Source: an uncultured Gemmatimonadaceae bacterium
GTDB lineage: Bacteria > Gemmatimonadota > Gemmatimonadetes > Gemmatimonadales > Gemmatimonadaceae
Length of the DNA: 64,000 bases
Direction of reading: 5' to 3'
Assembly (NCBI GenBank): GCA_963740355.1
Contig: CAVUDW010000003.1
Location: forward strand, 640,001-704,000
The position numbers and the translations under genes are program-made. Below, one piece after another: positions 21,427 through 31,271 of this stretch (position 1 is its first letter; each line of letters begins with the position of its first letter). The notes below the pieces were generated by a model. That model made no database searches, was not told the DNA's origin, and worked only from the letters and a program-made list of their open reading frames with translations.

Positions 21427-23034
21427 TCACCAGTCCGTCGGCACGTAGTTCTTGAGAAACTGGCCCCACACATGCTTGCCTGTGTTCACGCCATCGATGA
21501 TCGGATCCACGATACGCGCCGCACCGTCGACGATGTCGAGCGGTGGGTGAAAACGATGCTCGGCCGTTTTCCGCGCCGCGATCGCCGCCGGATCCTCGTC
21601 GGTCACCCAGCCGGTGTCCACACTGTTCATGTGGATCCCATCGGTGAAATAGTCGGCCGCCGACGTACGCGTCATCATGTTGAGCGCGGCCTTGGCCATG
21701 TTGGTGTGCGGATGCCGGGTGGTCTTGAAGCGCCGGTAGAACTGGCCTTCCACTGCGGAGACGTTCACGATGTGCTTGTCGCGCCCCGGCGACTTCTGCA
21801 GCAGCGGCTTGAGGCGCGCATTGATGAGGAAGGGGGCCACCGCGTTCACTAATTGGACCTCGAGCAATTCTACGGCTGGCACTTCGTCCATCTGCAGGCG
21901 CCAGCTGTTGCGATCACGCAGGTCGACCTGCTGCATGTCCTGATCGAGTCGGCCCACAGGGAACAGGGCCTGCTGTGCCTCGTGCTCCTCGTCGAGCAGC
22001 TTCACCTGCGAGAGCTGCGCGGCGTGCGTCACGCCAACCGCGCCCGAGAGCTCAGGTGCCAACACGGCATCGCTTCCCTTCCCTTCTGGCAGCATGTTGT
22101 AGCCACGCACCCCTTCGTACGCACCGAGGAGGCGGCGAACCGACTCAGGCATGGCCCCGATGGACGCATTCTCGATGTCCATCATGTGCTGATAGAAATC
22201 GGGCGGACGCCGCACTGTCTGACAGGCGTTGTTTACGATGAAGTCGAGCCGATCACGTGTCGCCACCAGGTGAGCACAAAACGCCTCCACGCTCGGTGTG
22301 TGCCGCAGGTCGAGGCCGAAGATCTCGAGCCGGTCGCCCCAGTCGGCGAAGTCGGGCTCGGCCGCGTAGCGCGCGGCAGAATCGCGCGGAAATCGCGTGG
22401 TGACGATCAGCTGTGCGCCAGCGCGAAGCAACTTGATGCCCGCCTGATATCCGATCTTGACGCGCCCACCGGTCAGCAGCGCCACCCGGCCACGGAGATC
22501 AGCCGTTTCCGTTCGCTTCGCGTAGTTGAACGCTGCGCAGGACGGGCACATTTGATCATAGAAGTGGTGCAGCTCGGTGTAGTCCCGCTTGCAGACGTAG
22601 CAGTTGAGCGTCTCCGACGCGTGCAGCGCATCGAGCTCCTCGCTGACCGTTTCCTGCACGAAGTCGGCAGGCGCGAACAAGCGGGGAGTGATGAAGACCT
22701 CTTCGCGGCGAAGCTTCCGGATTCCGGTGTCCTGCAGCACCGATTCGGCCCGCTGGGTCCGTTCGGCCTTCCGCTGGTTGCGCGTCGCCTTCACAAGGCG
22801 CCGGCGGGCGAGTGCGTCCGGACGCGAGACCTCGCCGGCGGCTTGGAGGAGCCGCGTGCGATCCTCCGGAGTCATCCGCGCCAGCAGGGCGCGGTCAGCG
22901 GCGATGTCTTCGAGCAATCGCGCTGCCTCTCGCGCCAGGCGCCCCAAGTCCTGGCGCGCAGCGATTCCACCGATCGGTGCTTGAGCGGGATGTGCCGGCA
23001 ACTCATCCCCAGATGACCCTCTAAAATCAGACAT
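21427..23034 (-). CDS. SDR family oxidoreductase with N-terminal CxxC...CxxC domain
   Basis: TGGRVKIG Rossmann motif, NNA, NVSA, HTNMAK in place of YxxxK, and CYVC/CPSC upstream. Confidence 0.85.
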   Translation of the reverse strand: MSDFRGSSGDELPAHPAQAPIGGIAARQDLGRLAREAARLLEDIAADRALLARMTPEDRTRLLQAAGEVSRPDALARRRLVKATRNQRKAERTQRAESVLQDTGIRKLRREEVFITPRLFAPADFVQETVSEELDALHASETLNCYVCKRDYTELHHFYDQMCPSCAAFNYAKRTETADLRGRVALLTGGRVKIGYQAGIKLLRAGAQLIVTTRFPRDSAARYAAEPDFADWGDRLEIFGLDLRHTPSVEAFCAHLVATRDRLDFIVNNACQTVRRPPDFYQHMMDIENASIGAMPESVRRLLGAYEGVRGYNMLPEGKGSDAVLAPELSGAVGVTHAAQLSQVKLLDEEHEAQQALFPVGRLDQDMQQVDLRDRNSWRLQMDEVPAVELLEVQLVNAVAPFLINARLKPLLQKSPGRDKHIVNVSAVEGQFYRRFKTTRHPHTNMAKAALNMMTRTSAADYFTDGIHMNSVDTGWVTDEDPAAIAARKTAEHRFHPPLDIVDGAARIVDPIIDGVNTGKHVWGQFLKNYVPTDW

Positions 23035-23112
23035 TCTGGAAATCTAGTGCACTTGGGCGAGCTCGGTCACGCTCGCCGCACCGAACCTTGCAACCTGGCA
23101 CTCAACGGGAAG

Positions 23113-24189
23113 CTATGCCGGAGCAGGTGCGGCCAATGGGCGCGCCACGCTCCAAAATGCGATGAGCGCCAGGACCACTCCGACCGGAAGCAGAGGCGTG
23201 ACCATCATCCCCCAGTAGACGTTCGCCGGGCGGCCGAACAGCAGGAAAGTACCAAGCATGCCGACCAGATAGAGACTGGCGCGATTCGATATCGGGTGCG
23301 CCCAGGAAAGCCAACCGACGAGCGCCACGGGAACCAACACCGCGACTACCCAGTGTGGCGCGTTCACGAGAAAAGAATTCCCCTGCACGAGCCGCAATAC
23401 GAACGGCCATCCTCCGGCAGCCAGCCAAGCAGGCCCCCGCGTGTCAGTTGCGAGTTGCACAGCCGCAACGTTCCGGGCGTGGAGGTAAAGGAGCATGAGA
23501 AACACCCCGATGCTAATGGCCCACCCGACACCCTCGCGCCACCTGCGCTCTAGCAGCGCCATCGCGAGCATGACGAGCAGGCAGGGAGCGGCCAGCTCGC
23601 GGAGAGCGGCCGCCGTCAGGGCAGAGCCCAGACTCACCCACCATGTCCGCGGTGACCACGCGGCGATCGCCAGCACCACCAGGATCCCCGCCCACGACTC
23701 GTGAAAAAGCACACTCGTCGAGGTCGCGGCAATCGACACGGCGGCGAGCAATGCGCCTAGGAGCGCCAACACTCGGTTGCTCATGATGTTGCGCAGCCTG
23801 ACCGTGACCGTAATTGCGGTCACGGCGGCGAGAGCCTGAAGAAGCAGGAGACCTCGTTCGAGTCCGAACGCCGCCAACATTCGAGCAAGCAGCGGCGGTC
23901 GAACGGTGAGGAACGGAATGAGGGCACCACCGCGCCTGCGAAGCTCTTCTGCGCTGCCGACGTAGAAGTCGTCGCCCTTTTGCAGGCGGGCGATCACATC
24001 ACGATAGAAGGCGGCGTCACCCGTATATGCCTTCTCCGCACTGAGCGGCTTGGGCGCCGCTGCTGGATCAGCGAGCACGCCGTAGGCAATCATCGCGAAC
24101 ATGAAACACAACGCAATGGCTTTGGTACGCCGCGATGCAGCTGCGAACCGGTTCAGGGGCCGATCATGATCGCGCATCACACTTGGCAA
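23113..24189 (-). CDS. Polytopic membrane protein, putative GT-C, family B copy 1
   Basis: GDAAFYRDVIARL..GDDFY, PFLTVRPP, LRELAAP, WL..GGWPF, GRP.N.YWG. Paralog of 24247. Start TTG 24189 or ATG 24177. Confidence 0.55.
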   Translation of the reverse strand: MPSVMRDHDRPLNRFAAASRRTKAIALCFMFAMIAYGVLADPAAAPKPLSAEKAYTGDAAFYRDVIARLQKGDDFYVGSAEELRRRGGALIPFLTVRPPLLARMLAAFGLERGLLLLQALAAVTAITVTVRLRNIMSNRVLALLGALLAAVSIAATSTSVLFHESWAGILVVLAIAAWSPRTWWVSLGSALTAAALRELAAPCLLVMLAMALLERRWREGVGWAISIGVFLMLLYLHARNVAAVQLATDTRGPAWLAAGGWPFVLRLVQGNSFLVNAPHWVVAVLVPVALVGWLSWAHPISNRASLYLVGMLGTFLLFGRPANVYWGMMVTPLLPVGVVLALIAFWSVARPLAAPAPA

Positions 24190-24246
24190 CTCGAAGAGTA
24201 AGCTGAGAACGTTCGGAGTGAGGGCGCGACTCCGCAGCCGCGACGT

Positions 24247-25290
24247 CTATTGCGCGGTGCCGCGCGCTCTGTTGAAGGCCGTGCGCAGCGCGTTTGGAGC
24301 AAGTGGCAGACCAACGAGAAGGAGTGACGTCAGCAGCATGCCCCAGTACGCTGTGTTCGGCCGCCCAACCACCAGAAACGCGACGATGAATCCACCAAGG
24401 TACAAGGTCACGCGGTGCGCCAGAGGATGGTTCCAACTGAACCAGCCAAGCAACGCCAGCGGCACGACGATCGCCACCAACCAGGGAGGCGCAATGATAA
24501 GCGCAGAGTTTTCGTGCACGATTCGGAGAATGAATGGCCAGCCGCCACTGCCAAGCCACCCTGGAGAGGCCTTGTCAGCCATCGTGATGACCTCTTTCAC
24601 TCGCGCGGCGTGTATCCAGAGGCTGGCTGAAAAGACCGCCAGCGCACCAAGCCAGGCGAGCGCCTCGGCTCGCCGCCGCTCGTACAACGCCAGAACCAGC
24701 ATCACCACCAGGTAGGGCGCGACCAGCTCACGAAGTAGCGCGGCGGCAAGACCCAGCAGACAGGCGATCGGCCACGTTCGGCGCGACCAACACGCAAGCG
24801 AGAGCAGGATGAGCGCGCTCACCCAGACCTCGAACCAGAAAACCGGAACGTGGCGGACAGTGAGGAAGCTCAGCGCCGCGAGGGGTGTGGTGAGCTGCAG
24901 GGTACGGCCGTTCATCGTAAGCAACAGCCGTATGGCCATGACGACGGCGGAGAGTGTCACGAGCGCATCGAGCAGCTGTGCCATCGTGCGCCGGCCGCCA
25001 ACGGCGACACCCAGCCAGGTGAGGTACGGCGGACGCACGGTGACGAACGGTCGCAACGGGAACCCGCGATTTCGTTGCTCGGTGGATGTGGCCGCATAAA
25101 AATCCTCACCACTGGCCACCCGATCGAACACCGCGCCATAGAGCGCCAGATCCCGCTTCGTACTGTCTATTCCGGCGGAGCGAGGTGGAGGAGAGGATGG
25201 CCCGACGGCCCCAAGAACGGTCAGGGCGAGCGTCGCCAGCAGCGCCAGAACTGCCGCCCAGCGAGGCCACGCGTCGAAATGACTCAGCAT
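24247..25290 (-). CDS. Polytopic membrane protein, putative GT-C, family B copy 2
   Basis: RDLALYGAVFDRV.SGEDFY, PFVTVRPP, LRELVAP, WLGSGGWPF, GRPNTAYWG. Confidence 0.55.
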   Translation of the reverse strand: MLSHFDAWPRWAAVLALLATLALTVLGAVGPSSPPPRSAGIDSTKRDLALYGAVFDRVASGEDFYAATSTEQRNRGFPLRPFVTVRPPYLTWLGVAVGGRRTMAQLLDALVTLSAVVMAIRLLLTMNGRTLQLTTPLAALSFLTVRHVPVFWFEVWVSALILLSLACWSRRTWPIACLLGLAAALLRELVAPYLVVMLVLALYERRRAEALAWLGALAVFSASLWIHAARVKEVITMADKASPGWLGSGGWPFILRIVHENSALIIAPPWLVAIVVPLALLGWFSWNHPLAHRVTLYLGGFIVAFLVVGRPNTAYWGMLLTSLLLVGLPLAPNALRTAFNRARGTAQ

Positions 25291-25886
25291 GAGGATGCGC
25301 CGGGCGCTTGCAGTGGCAAATGGTCAGTACCACGCTGACCCATCTCGTCTTGAAACGTCACCGTGTCTCTGTCGGTCCAGCCAGAGGCCACAATATCACC
25401 AGCCCGTTCGGCGCCTTCTCGAAAACGTCCCGATTGACCTTCTGGGAGCGGGACGTCCCGCATTATATCCATCGTATCGGAGCCGGCGACGGGTGAGCAC
25501 AGCGGGGCATGCGCGCTTGCCGGCCCTATGCAGCAGCAGCGTACACTTCTCTGTCGTTGTCCGGCCCAAAAGATCGCCGCGGGTACTGCAGTCGCTTCGC
25601 TGATCCAGTCCGGCACTGCCGCTAGGGTCAGGTCGCCGACGGGCAACATGGTCGGCCAATGGTGCCCATCGACCGCCGTCTGATGGGTTCGGTGATCGGA
25701 CATGCTGCAAAAACTAACCCGTCGTAACCGACCTCTGCCATTTGCTCGCTACCGCCGAACCGCACCAGGCGGTACCATCGAAGATCGCCCGCACCGCGTA
25801 ACGACCCTTTAGCTGGCCCCGACCGCCACACTCCAGCCGCCGTACCTCGATAGTCTGCAGCTCTCTCTCCCCAGCCGAGCCCGCTG

Positions 25887-27182
25887 ATGACCAGCCGTCG
25901 CGACTTCCTCAGTTCCGCCGCCTCACTTGCCGTCGTCCCGGCGTTCAATTCGCGCGCCTTCCGCCAGCTGGCCCGTGCCAGGGATGTGGCCGGCGGCCGG
26001 ACCGCTGCCAACCTCGCCGACGACGAGGCCTTCTGGTTCGAGATCCAGCGCGCCTTCGAGGTCGATCGCACCTGGGTGAACCTGAACAACGGCGGCGTCA
26101 GCCCGGCTCCGGCCATGGTCATCGACCAGTTGATCCGCGACATCAACTACAGCAACGAGATCCCGGTCGATCACATGTGGCGGCACCTGCAGCCGCGCAT
26201 GGAGAGCGTCCGACGCGAGCTGGCGACGGAATTCGGCTGCGATCCGGAAGAGATGGCGATCACACGCAATGCGTCCGAAGGCCTCGAGACGATGATCTTC
26301 GGTCTCGACCTCAAGCGCGGCGATGAAGTGATCATCAGCACTCAGAACTACGGCCGAATGATCAACGCTTGGGAACAACGTGTAAGACGCGAAGGGATCG
26401 TGCTGAAGCGGGTCCAGTTTGCCGTGCCGGTGGTGCGTGACGAGGATGTCGTGGCTGCATTCGCTGCCGCCATCACACCGCGCACGAAGGTGATCGAGAT
26501 CACGCACATCACTAACCTCACCGGCCAGATCCTGCCGGTGCGCAAGATCGTCGACATGGCGAAGGCGAAGGGCATCGAGGTGTTCGTGGACGGCGCACAT
26601 GCCTTCGCCCACTTCCCCTTCAAGCGCGACGAGCTCGGGGTGGACTACTACGCCACCAGCTTGCACAAATGGCTCTACGCACCGATCGGCACGGGCTTCC
26701 TCTACGTGCGCAAGGACAAGCAGAAAGCACTCTGGCCGCTGATGGCTGCGAACGTCAGTCAGGACAATGACATCCGGAAGTACGAGGAGATCGGCACGCA
26801 TCCGCAGGCGAACTTCAACGCGATTGCGGCGGCCATCGTCTTCCACCGCGGCATCGGATCCGATCGCAAGATTGCGCGCATGCGCTGGCTGCGTGACCGC
26901 TGGGCGAAGCGGCTGCTGGCCGAGGGCGGTGGACGGGTGAAAGTGCTCACCCCGCTCGATTCGCCGAACGGTGGCGGCATCGGCTTCTTCAATGTCGATG
27001 GCCTCGACCCGGTGAAGCTGGGTGGCTGGCTCTATTCAAAGCACAACATCGTGACCACGCCGATCGTGCACGAAAAGGAATTCATGGGCATTCGTGTCAC
27101 GCCCAACGTCTACACCACGCCGCAGGAGATCGACGTCTTCGCCGAGAAAGTGCTGGTGGCCATGAAGCAAGGCATCGCTTGA
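25887..27182 (+). CDS. Tat-exported class V PLP-dependent enzyme (isopenicillin-N epimerase/C-S lyase-like)
   Basis: SRRDFL twin-arginine signal, LNNGGVSP, TRNASE, VDGAH, SLHKWL (PLP lysine). Confidence 0.85.
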   Translation: MTSRRDFLSSAASLAVVPAFNSRAFRQLARARDVAGGRTAANLADDEAFWFEIQRAFEVDRTWVNLNNGGVSPAPAMVIDQLIRDINYSNEIPVDHMWRHLQPRMESVRRELATEFGCDPEEMAITRNASEGLETMIFGLDLKRGDEVIISTQNYGRMINAWEQRVRREGIVLKRVQFAVPVVRDEDVVAAFAAAITPRTKVIEITHITNLTGQILPVRKIVDMAKAKGIEVFVDGAHAFAHFPFKRDELGVDYYATSLHKWLYAPIGTGFLYVRKDKQKALWPLMAANVSQDNDIRKYEEIGTHPQANFNAIAAAIVFHRGIGSDRKIARMRWLRDRWAKRLLAEGGGRVKVLTPLDSPNGGGIGFFNVDGLDPVKLGGWLYSKHNIVTTPIVHEKEFMGIRVTPNVYTTPQEIDVFAEKVLVAMKQGIA

Positions 27183-27281
27183 ACCACGAATCGCGGTAAA
27201 CAGCGACGGGGCACCATCAGGCGGCGATGCGCACGAATCATCGCCGCCTGAGTGCCTTTCGGCTGCGCCTGCGCCGACCGC

Positions 27282-28448
27282 CTACTGCGGCAAGCCGTCC
27301 CGCAAGATGCGCAGCACATTCCCGCCCATCACCTTCTCGATCTCGTCCGGCGTGAAGTGCAAGTTCAGCATCGCCTGTGTGATCTCGGCCAGCCCGTCGG
27401 TCGCGAAGGGCGTGCTGGTGGCGCCGTCGAAGTCGGAGCCAAGTCCGACATGATCGATGCCGGCGACGTCCACGGCGTGCCGAATGGCCTTCGCGATGGA
27501 GGCGGCGCCGAGCGTGCAGACGGCGGCGTCCCAGTAGCCGATGCCGACCACGCCACCGTTGGCGCTGATCGCCTTCAGCTGCTCGTCGGTCAGGTTGCGC
27601 GGGCCCGGACAGGTGGCAGCGACGCCGGTATGCGACACCACGATCGGCCGCTTCGCCATCGCCAGCACCTCGCTCACGGTCTGTGGCGATGCATGGGCGA
27701 CATCCACGAGGATGTGCAACGCCTCCATCCGCTCGATCACCTGCCTCCCAAGCGGCGTCAGGCCCGCGTGGGTGACACCATGGGCGGACGCGGCAACTTC
27801 ATTGTCGAAGAAATGCGTCAGGCCCATCATGCGGTAGCCATGCGCGAAGAGCGTGTCGACGCTTTCCAGCTTGCCATCGAGCGCATGCAACCCCTCGATG
27901 GCGAGCACCGCTCCATGAAAATCTGGTGACGACTTCCGGTTCTCGATGAATGAGTCCATCGAGGCCCGATCCGTGACCAGCATCAGGTGACCACCCGAGC
28001 GCGCCACCGCGTCATGCAATCGATCGGCCTGATGGATGGCGCGGGCGCGCAGGCTGGTCAGCGCGCCTATTGGCCAGCGCTGCACGATCGCGAGCAAGGT
28101 GATGTTGTCCGTGTCGCCGGTGTTGTGATCGTAGTTCATGTTCCGCGGTGTCTTCGTCACCACCGAGAACACTTGCAGCGCCACGTTGCCATCGGTGAGT
28201 CGCGGCACATCCACGTGCCCATGATCGGCACGTGCCAGAAGGTCCCTGCCCCACAGCAATTCGTCGGCGTGCATGTCGGCCACCGCCAGGGTGCGATGCA
28301 ACGCCGCGGCCGAGTCGCTGACGGTCACGTGCGGCGCGTCGACGACCTTGTTCATTCGTTTGTCGACGATTCCAGGCAGCACGGCGAACGCCGCGAACAG
28401 CGCCACGACCAGCAGTGCCAGAAAGCCTTTGATGATTCGACGCAGCAT
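27282..28448 (-). CDS. Membrane dipeptidase (peptidase M19)
   Basis: N-terminal TM, DMHAD, AIEG, THFFDN, DVAH, SHTG, GLGSDFDG, MGGN.LR. Real start MLRRII lies inside the 990-aa track ORF. Confidence 0.92.
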   Translation of the reverse strand: MLRRIIKGFLALLVVALFAAFAVLPGIVDKRMNKVVDAPHVTVSDSAAALHRTLAVADMHADELLWGRDLLARADHGHVDVPRLTDGNVALQVFSVVTKTPRNMNYDHNTGDTDNITLLAIVQRWPIGALTSLRARAIHQADRLHDAVARSGGHLMLVTDRASMDSFIENRKSSPDFHGAVLAIEGLHALDGKLESVDTLFAHGYRMMGLTHFFDNEVAASAHGVTHAGLTPLGRQVIERMEALHILVDVAHASPQTVSEVLAMAKRPIVVSHTGVAATCPGPRNLTDEQLKAISANGGVVGIGYWDAAVCTLGAASIAKAIRHAVDVAGIDHVGLGSDFDGATSTPFATDGLAEITQAMLNLHFTPDEIEKVMGGNVLRILRDGLPQ

Positions 28449-28574
28449 TCGGGGCAGGTTCGGGACTACGAAAGCAATCCTGCGGTGCCGCCGCCGGCAA
28501 CGGACCGGCATTTCGACGGGAATCGTCGTGCCCTGCTTGCCGGACGGTGCGACGGCACTGAAGTTCGCACCACC

Positions 28575-30017
28575 GTGCAGATCTTTCTCCGTGACCTCGT
28601 GCTGCTGGCTGTCGCCGTGTTGCTGGTGGGCGTCCTCTTCCGACGCCCGCTGCGACGCCTGGCGAACCGCATGGCCGCACGCGCGCGAATGAAGTACCGC
28701 GGACGCCTCGATCGCTTCAAGCTGCTGGGCCGCGCCCATGTGCGTGGGCTGCTGCTGGACGATGCCGTGATCGCAGCCGCGGTGCAGGACCATGTCGCCG
28801 CCACCGGCACCGATAGCGGCACGGCGTGGAAGATGGTGGATGTCTACATCCGCGAGATCGTTCCGTTCTTCAACATCATCGCGTATTACGAAGTCGGATT
28901 TCGGCTGTCGCGGATGCTGTTGCGATTGTTCTATCACGTCACGGTCGAATACGAGGATCGCGCCGCCACGAAGCGCCTGCCGCGTGACGCGGTGGTCGTG
29001 TACCTGATGAATCACCGCTCGAATGCTGACTACCTGCTGGTCGGGTATGCGCTCTCCGGGCAGGTCGCGATCTCGTACGCAGTGGGCGAGTGGGCCCGCG
29101 CCTTCCCGCTGGAGCAGATCTTCAAGTCGTTCGGCGGCTACTTCGTGCGGCGCAAACATCGCGAACGGCTCTATCACACGGTGCTCGAACGTTATGTGCA
29201 GCTGATCACCCGCGAGGGCGTGACGCAGGGCATCTTCCTCGAGGGCGGCCTGACTCGTGATGGCAAGTTGCGTCCGCCCAAGATCGGCCTGCTCGACTAC
29301 GTACTCGGTATCGGGCACGACCCGGCCTACCACTCGCGCATCTACGTGATTCCAGTGGCCGTCAATTACGATCGCGTGCTGGAAGACCGGTCGTTGCTGC
29401 GCGAGCTGGACACGACCTCTGGTGGTCGAGCACCAGGCAAGCTGGCGCAGCTTGGTGAAGTAGTGCCATACCTGTTCTGGAACCTGACGCGCATGGTGAC
29501 GCGTCGATGGAAGCGATACGGGCGCGCCGCCGTCATGATCGGCGCACCGGTGCCATTGGCCCCATGGTACGCCAATCAGCCCGAACTCTTCACCATCCCG
29601 CGTCCGGAACGGCTGGCGCTGGTGGCGGAGCTCACCGACCGCATCATGGATCGCATCGGCGCGCTGATTCCGGTCACGCCCGTGCCGCTGGTCTGCGCCG
29701 CAATTCAGAGCCTTGGCGGTGAGTTGATCCCGCGCAGCAAACTGATTCGGCGAATCGACGAGATCCGGGATGAGCTGGTCGAGATCAACGCACGGGTGGT
29801 GCGCTCGGACCGCGACGCCACCGAAACGCTCGACCTGGCGCTCAAGATGCTCGAGATGCGCCGCGTGGTGCTGGTGCAGGGCGACGACTTCCTCGTGTTG
29901 CCGCGCGGCCGGGAACTGGTGAGCTACTACGCCAACAGCATCGCACACCTGCTCGGCCCGTATGCGGCGTCGGTGCGGGCGCGAGATGCCCTGCCGATGG
30001 AGTCGCTCGCACTCTGA
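28575..30017 (+). CDS. PlsB-like glycerol-3-phosphate/1-acylglycerol acyltransferase
   Basis: HX4D motif NHRSNAD, GGYFVRR, FLEGGLTRDG, IPVAVNYD. GTG start at 28575 inferred. Confidence 0.85.
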   Translation: MQIFLRDLVLLAVAVLLVGVLFRRPLRRLANRMAARARMKYRGRLDRFKLLGRAHVRGLLLDDAVIAAAVQDHVAATGTDSGTAWKMVDVYIREIVPFFNIIAYYEVGFRLSRMLLRLFYHVTVEYEDRAATKRLPRDAVVVYLMNHRSNADYLLVGYALSGQVAISYAVGEWARAFPLEQIFKSFGGYFVRRKHRERLYHTVLERYVQLITREGVTQGIFLEGGLTRDGKLRPPKIGLLDYVLGIGHDPAYHSRIYVIPVAVNYDRVLEDRSLLRELDTTSGGRAPGKLAQLGEVVPYLFWNLTRMVTRRWKRYGRAAVMIGAPVPLAPWYANQPELFTIPRPERLALVAELTDRIMDRIGALIPVTPVPLVCAAIQSLGGELIPRSKLIRRIDEIRDELVEINARVVRSDRDATETLDLALKMLEMRRVVLVQGDDFLVLPRGRELVSYYANSIAHLLGPYAASVRARDALPMESLAL

Positions 30018-30113
30018 GATCGCGGCGCGGCGCCTATCGCCCAATGCTGCGTCGGTCTGTAGTGTTGAGGCAGCCGAACCGGCCCAGCTCGACAGGAACC
30101 CTGACTTGCCGCC

Positions 30114-31241
30114 ATGACCTACGCCGCGATCACCGGATGGGGGAAGTGCATGCCCCCCGCCGTTCTCACCAACGACGACCTCTCGACCTTTCTCGAGACG
30201 TCGGATGACTGGATCGTCTCGCGGACCGGGATGAAGGAGCGCCGAGTCTCCCATGTGAGCGCGATCGACATGTCGGTGGTGGCAGCCTCACAGGCGCTGG
30301 CCTGCGCGGGGCTGGAGGGAAAGGACGTCGACCTGATCATCTACGGCAGTTGCAGCAACGATGAGGGCGTGCCGAACAGCGCATCGGGCGTCCAGATCGC
30401 ACTCGGTGCGACGCGCGCGGCTGCGATGGACGTGAACACGGCGTGCACCAGCTTCTGCTACGGCCTTGCCACGGCGACGGCAATGATTCGCAGTGGCATG
30501 GCGCGCAACGCGGTAGTGATCGGCGTGGAGTTGATCAGCCGCTTCATGGACTGGAGCAATCGCAATGTCGCGGTGCTGTTCGGTGACGGGGCGGCCGCCG
30601 TGGTGCTGCAGGCCTCGGACGTCGAGCAGGGGCTGATCGGCAGCGTGCTGGGATGCGATGCCGAGGCCCGCGAAACGTTGCGGGTGCGCGGGCTCGGGCT
30701 CAGCTACGCGAACAACAACGTGCAATTCGGCGACACGATCTGGGATTTCGATGGCCCGCAGATCTTCAAGCGTGCCGTGACCGCAATGGCCGACGCGTCG
30801 GGTCGCGTGATGGCGGAGTGCAAGCTGACGCCAGACCAGATCGACTTGGTAGTGCCGCACCAGGCAAATCTGCGCATCATCGAGTCGCTGGCGAAGTACA
30901 GCGGCATCCCGATGGAGCGCGTGATGGTGACCGTGCACAAGTACGGGAACATGAGCTCTGCGACGGTGCCGGTGGCGCTGGTCGAGGCGCTCGAGGAAGG
31001 TCGCGTGACGCCTGGAGCGACGATCCTGATGCCGGCGTTCGGCGGCGGGCTGACCTACTGTTCGCTGGTCGTGAAATGGGGGCAGCGTGTCACGCCGCTT
31101 GGCGTGTCAGACAAGGTGTTGCCGCCCTGTACGCAGACGGCGCTGGAGCTGGTGAACGATGCGCGAGCGAAGCATGATGCGCACGGGCGTTCGCTGGTGG
31201 GGTTGATGGCACCGGAGTTTGTGGAAACCACCCACGTGTAG
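30114..31241 (+). CDS. fabH: Ketoacyl-ACP synthase III
   Basis: TSDDWIVSRTG, ACTSF catalytic Cys, LFGDGA, PHQANLRII, YGNMSSA, FGGGLT. Confidence 0.9.
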   Translation: MTYAAITGWGKCMPPAVLTNDDLSTFLETSDDWIVSRTGMKERRVSHVSAIDMSVVAASQALACAGLEGKDVDLIIYGSCSNDEGVPNSASGVQIALGATRAAAMDVNTACTSFCYGLATATAMIRSGMARNAVVIGVELISRFMDWSNRNVAVLFGDGAAAVVLQASDVEQGLIGSVLGCDAEARETLRVRGLGLSYANNNVQFGDTIWDFDGPQIFKRAVTAMADASGRVMAECKLTPDQIDLVVPHQANLRIIESLAKYSGIPMERVMVTVHKYGNMSSATVPVALVEALEEGRVTPGATILMPAFGGGLTYCSLVVKWGQRVTPLGVSDKVLPPCTQTALELVNDARAKHDAHGRSLVGLMAPEFVETTHV

Positions 31242-31271
31242 CTCGCCGGCTGCACGTGGTAACGCAGGATT

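Noticed and set aside
25291..25886. Short ORFs (139 aa, 104 aa, 172 aa) in the gap before the PLP enzyme
   Set aside because: No recognisable motifs, RBS or codon bias. Treated as divergent intergenic DNA.
27282..30254. 990-aa minus-strand ORF suggesting a large fusion protein
   Set aside because: Only the last ~388 codons (from 28448) look like an M19 dipeptidase. The rest is the stop-free antisense of the PlsB-like gene.
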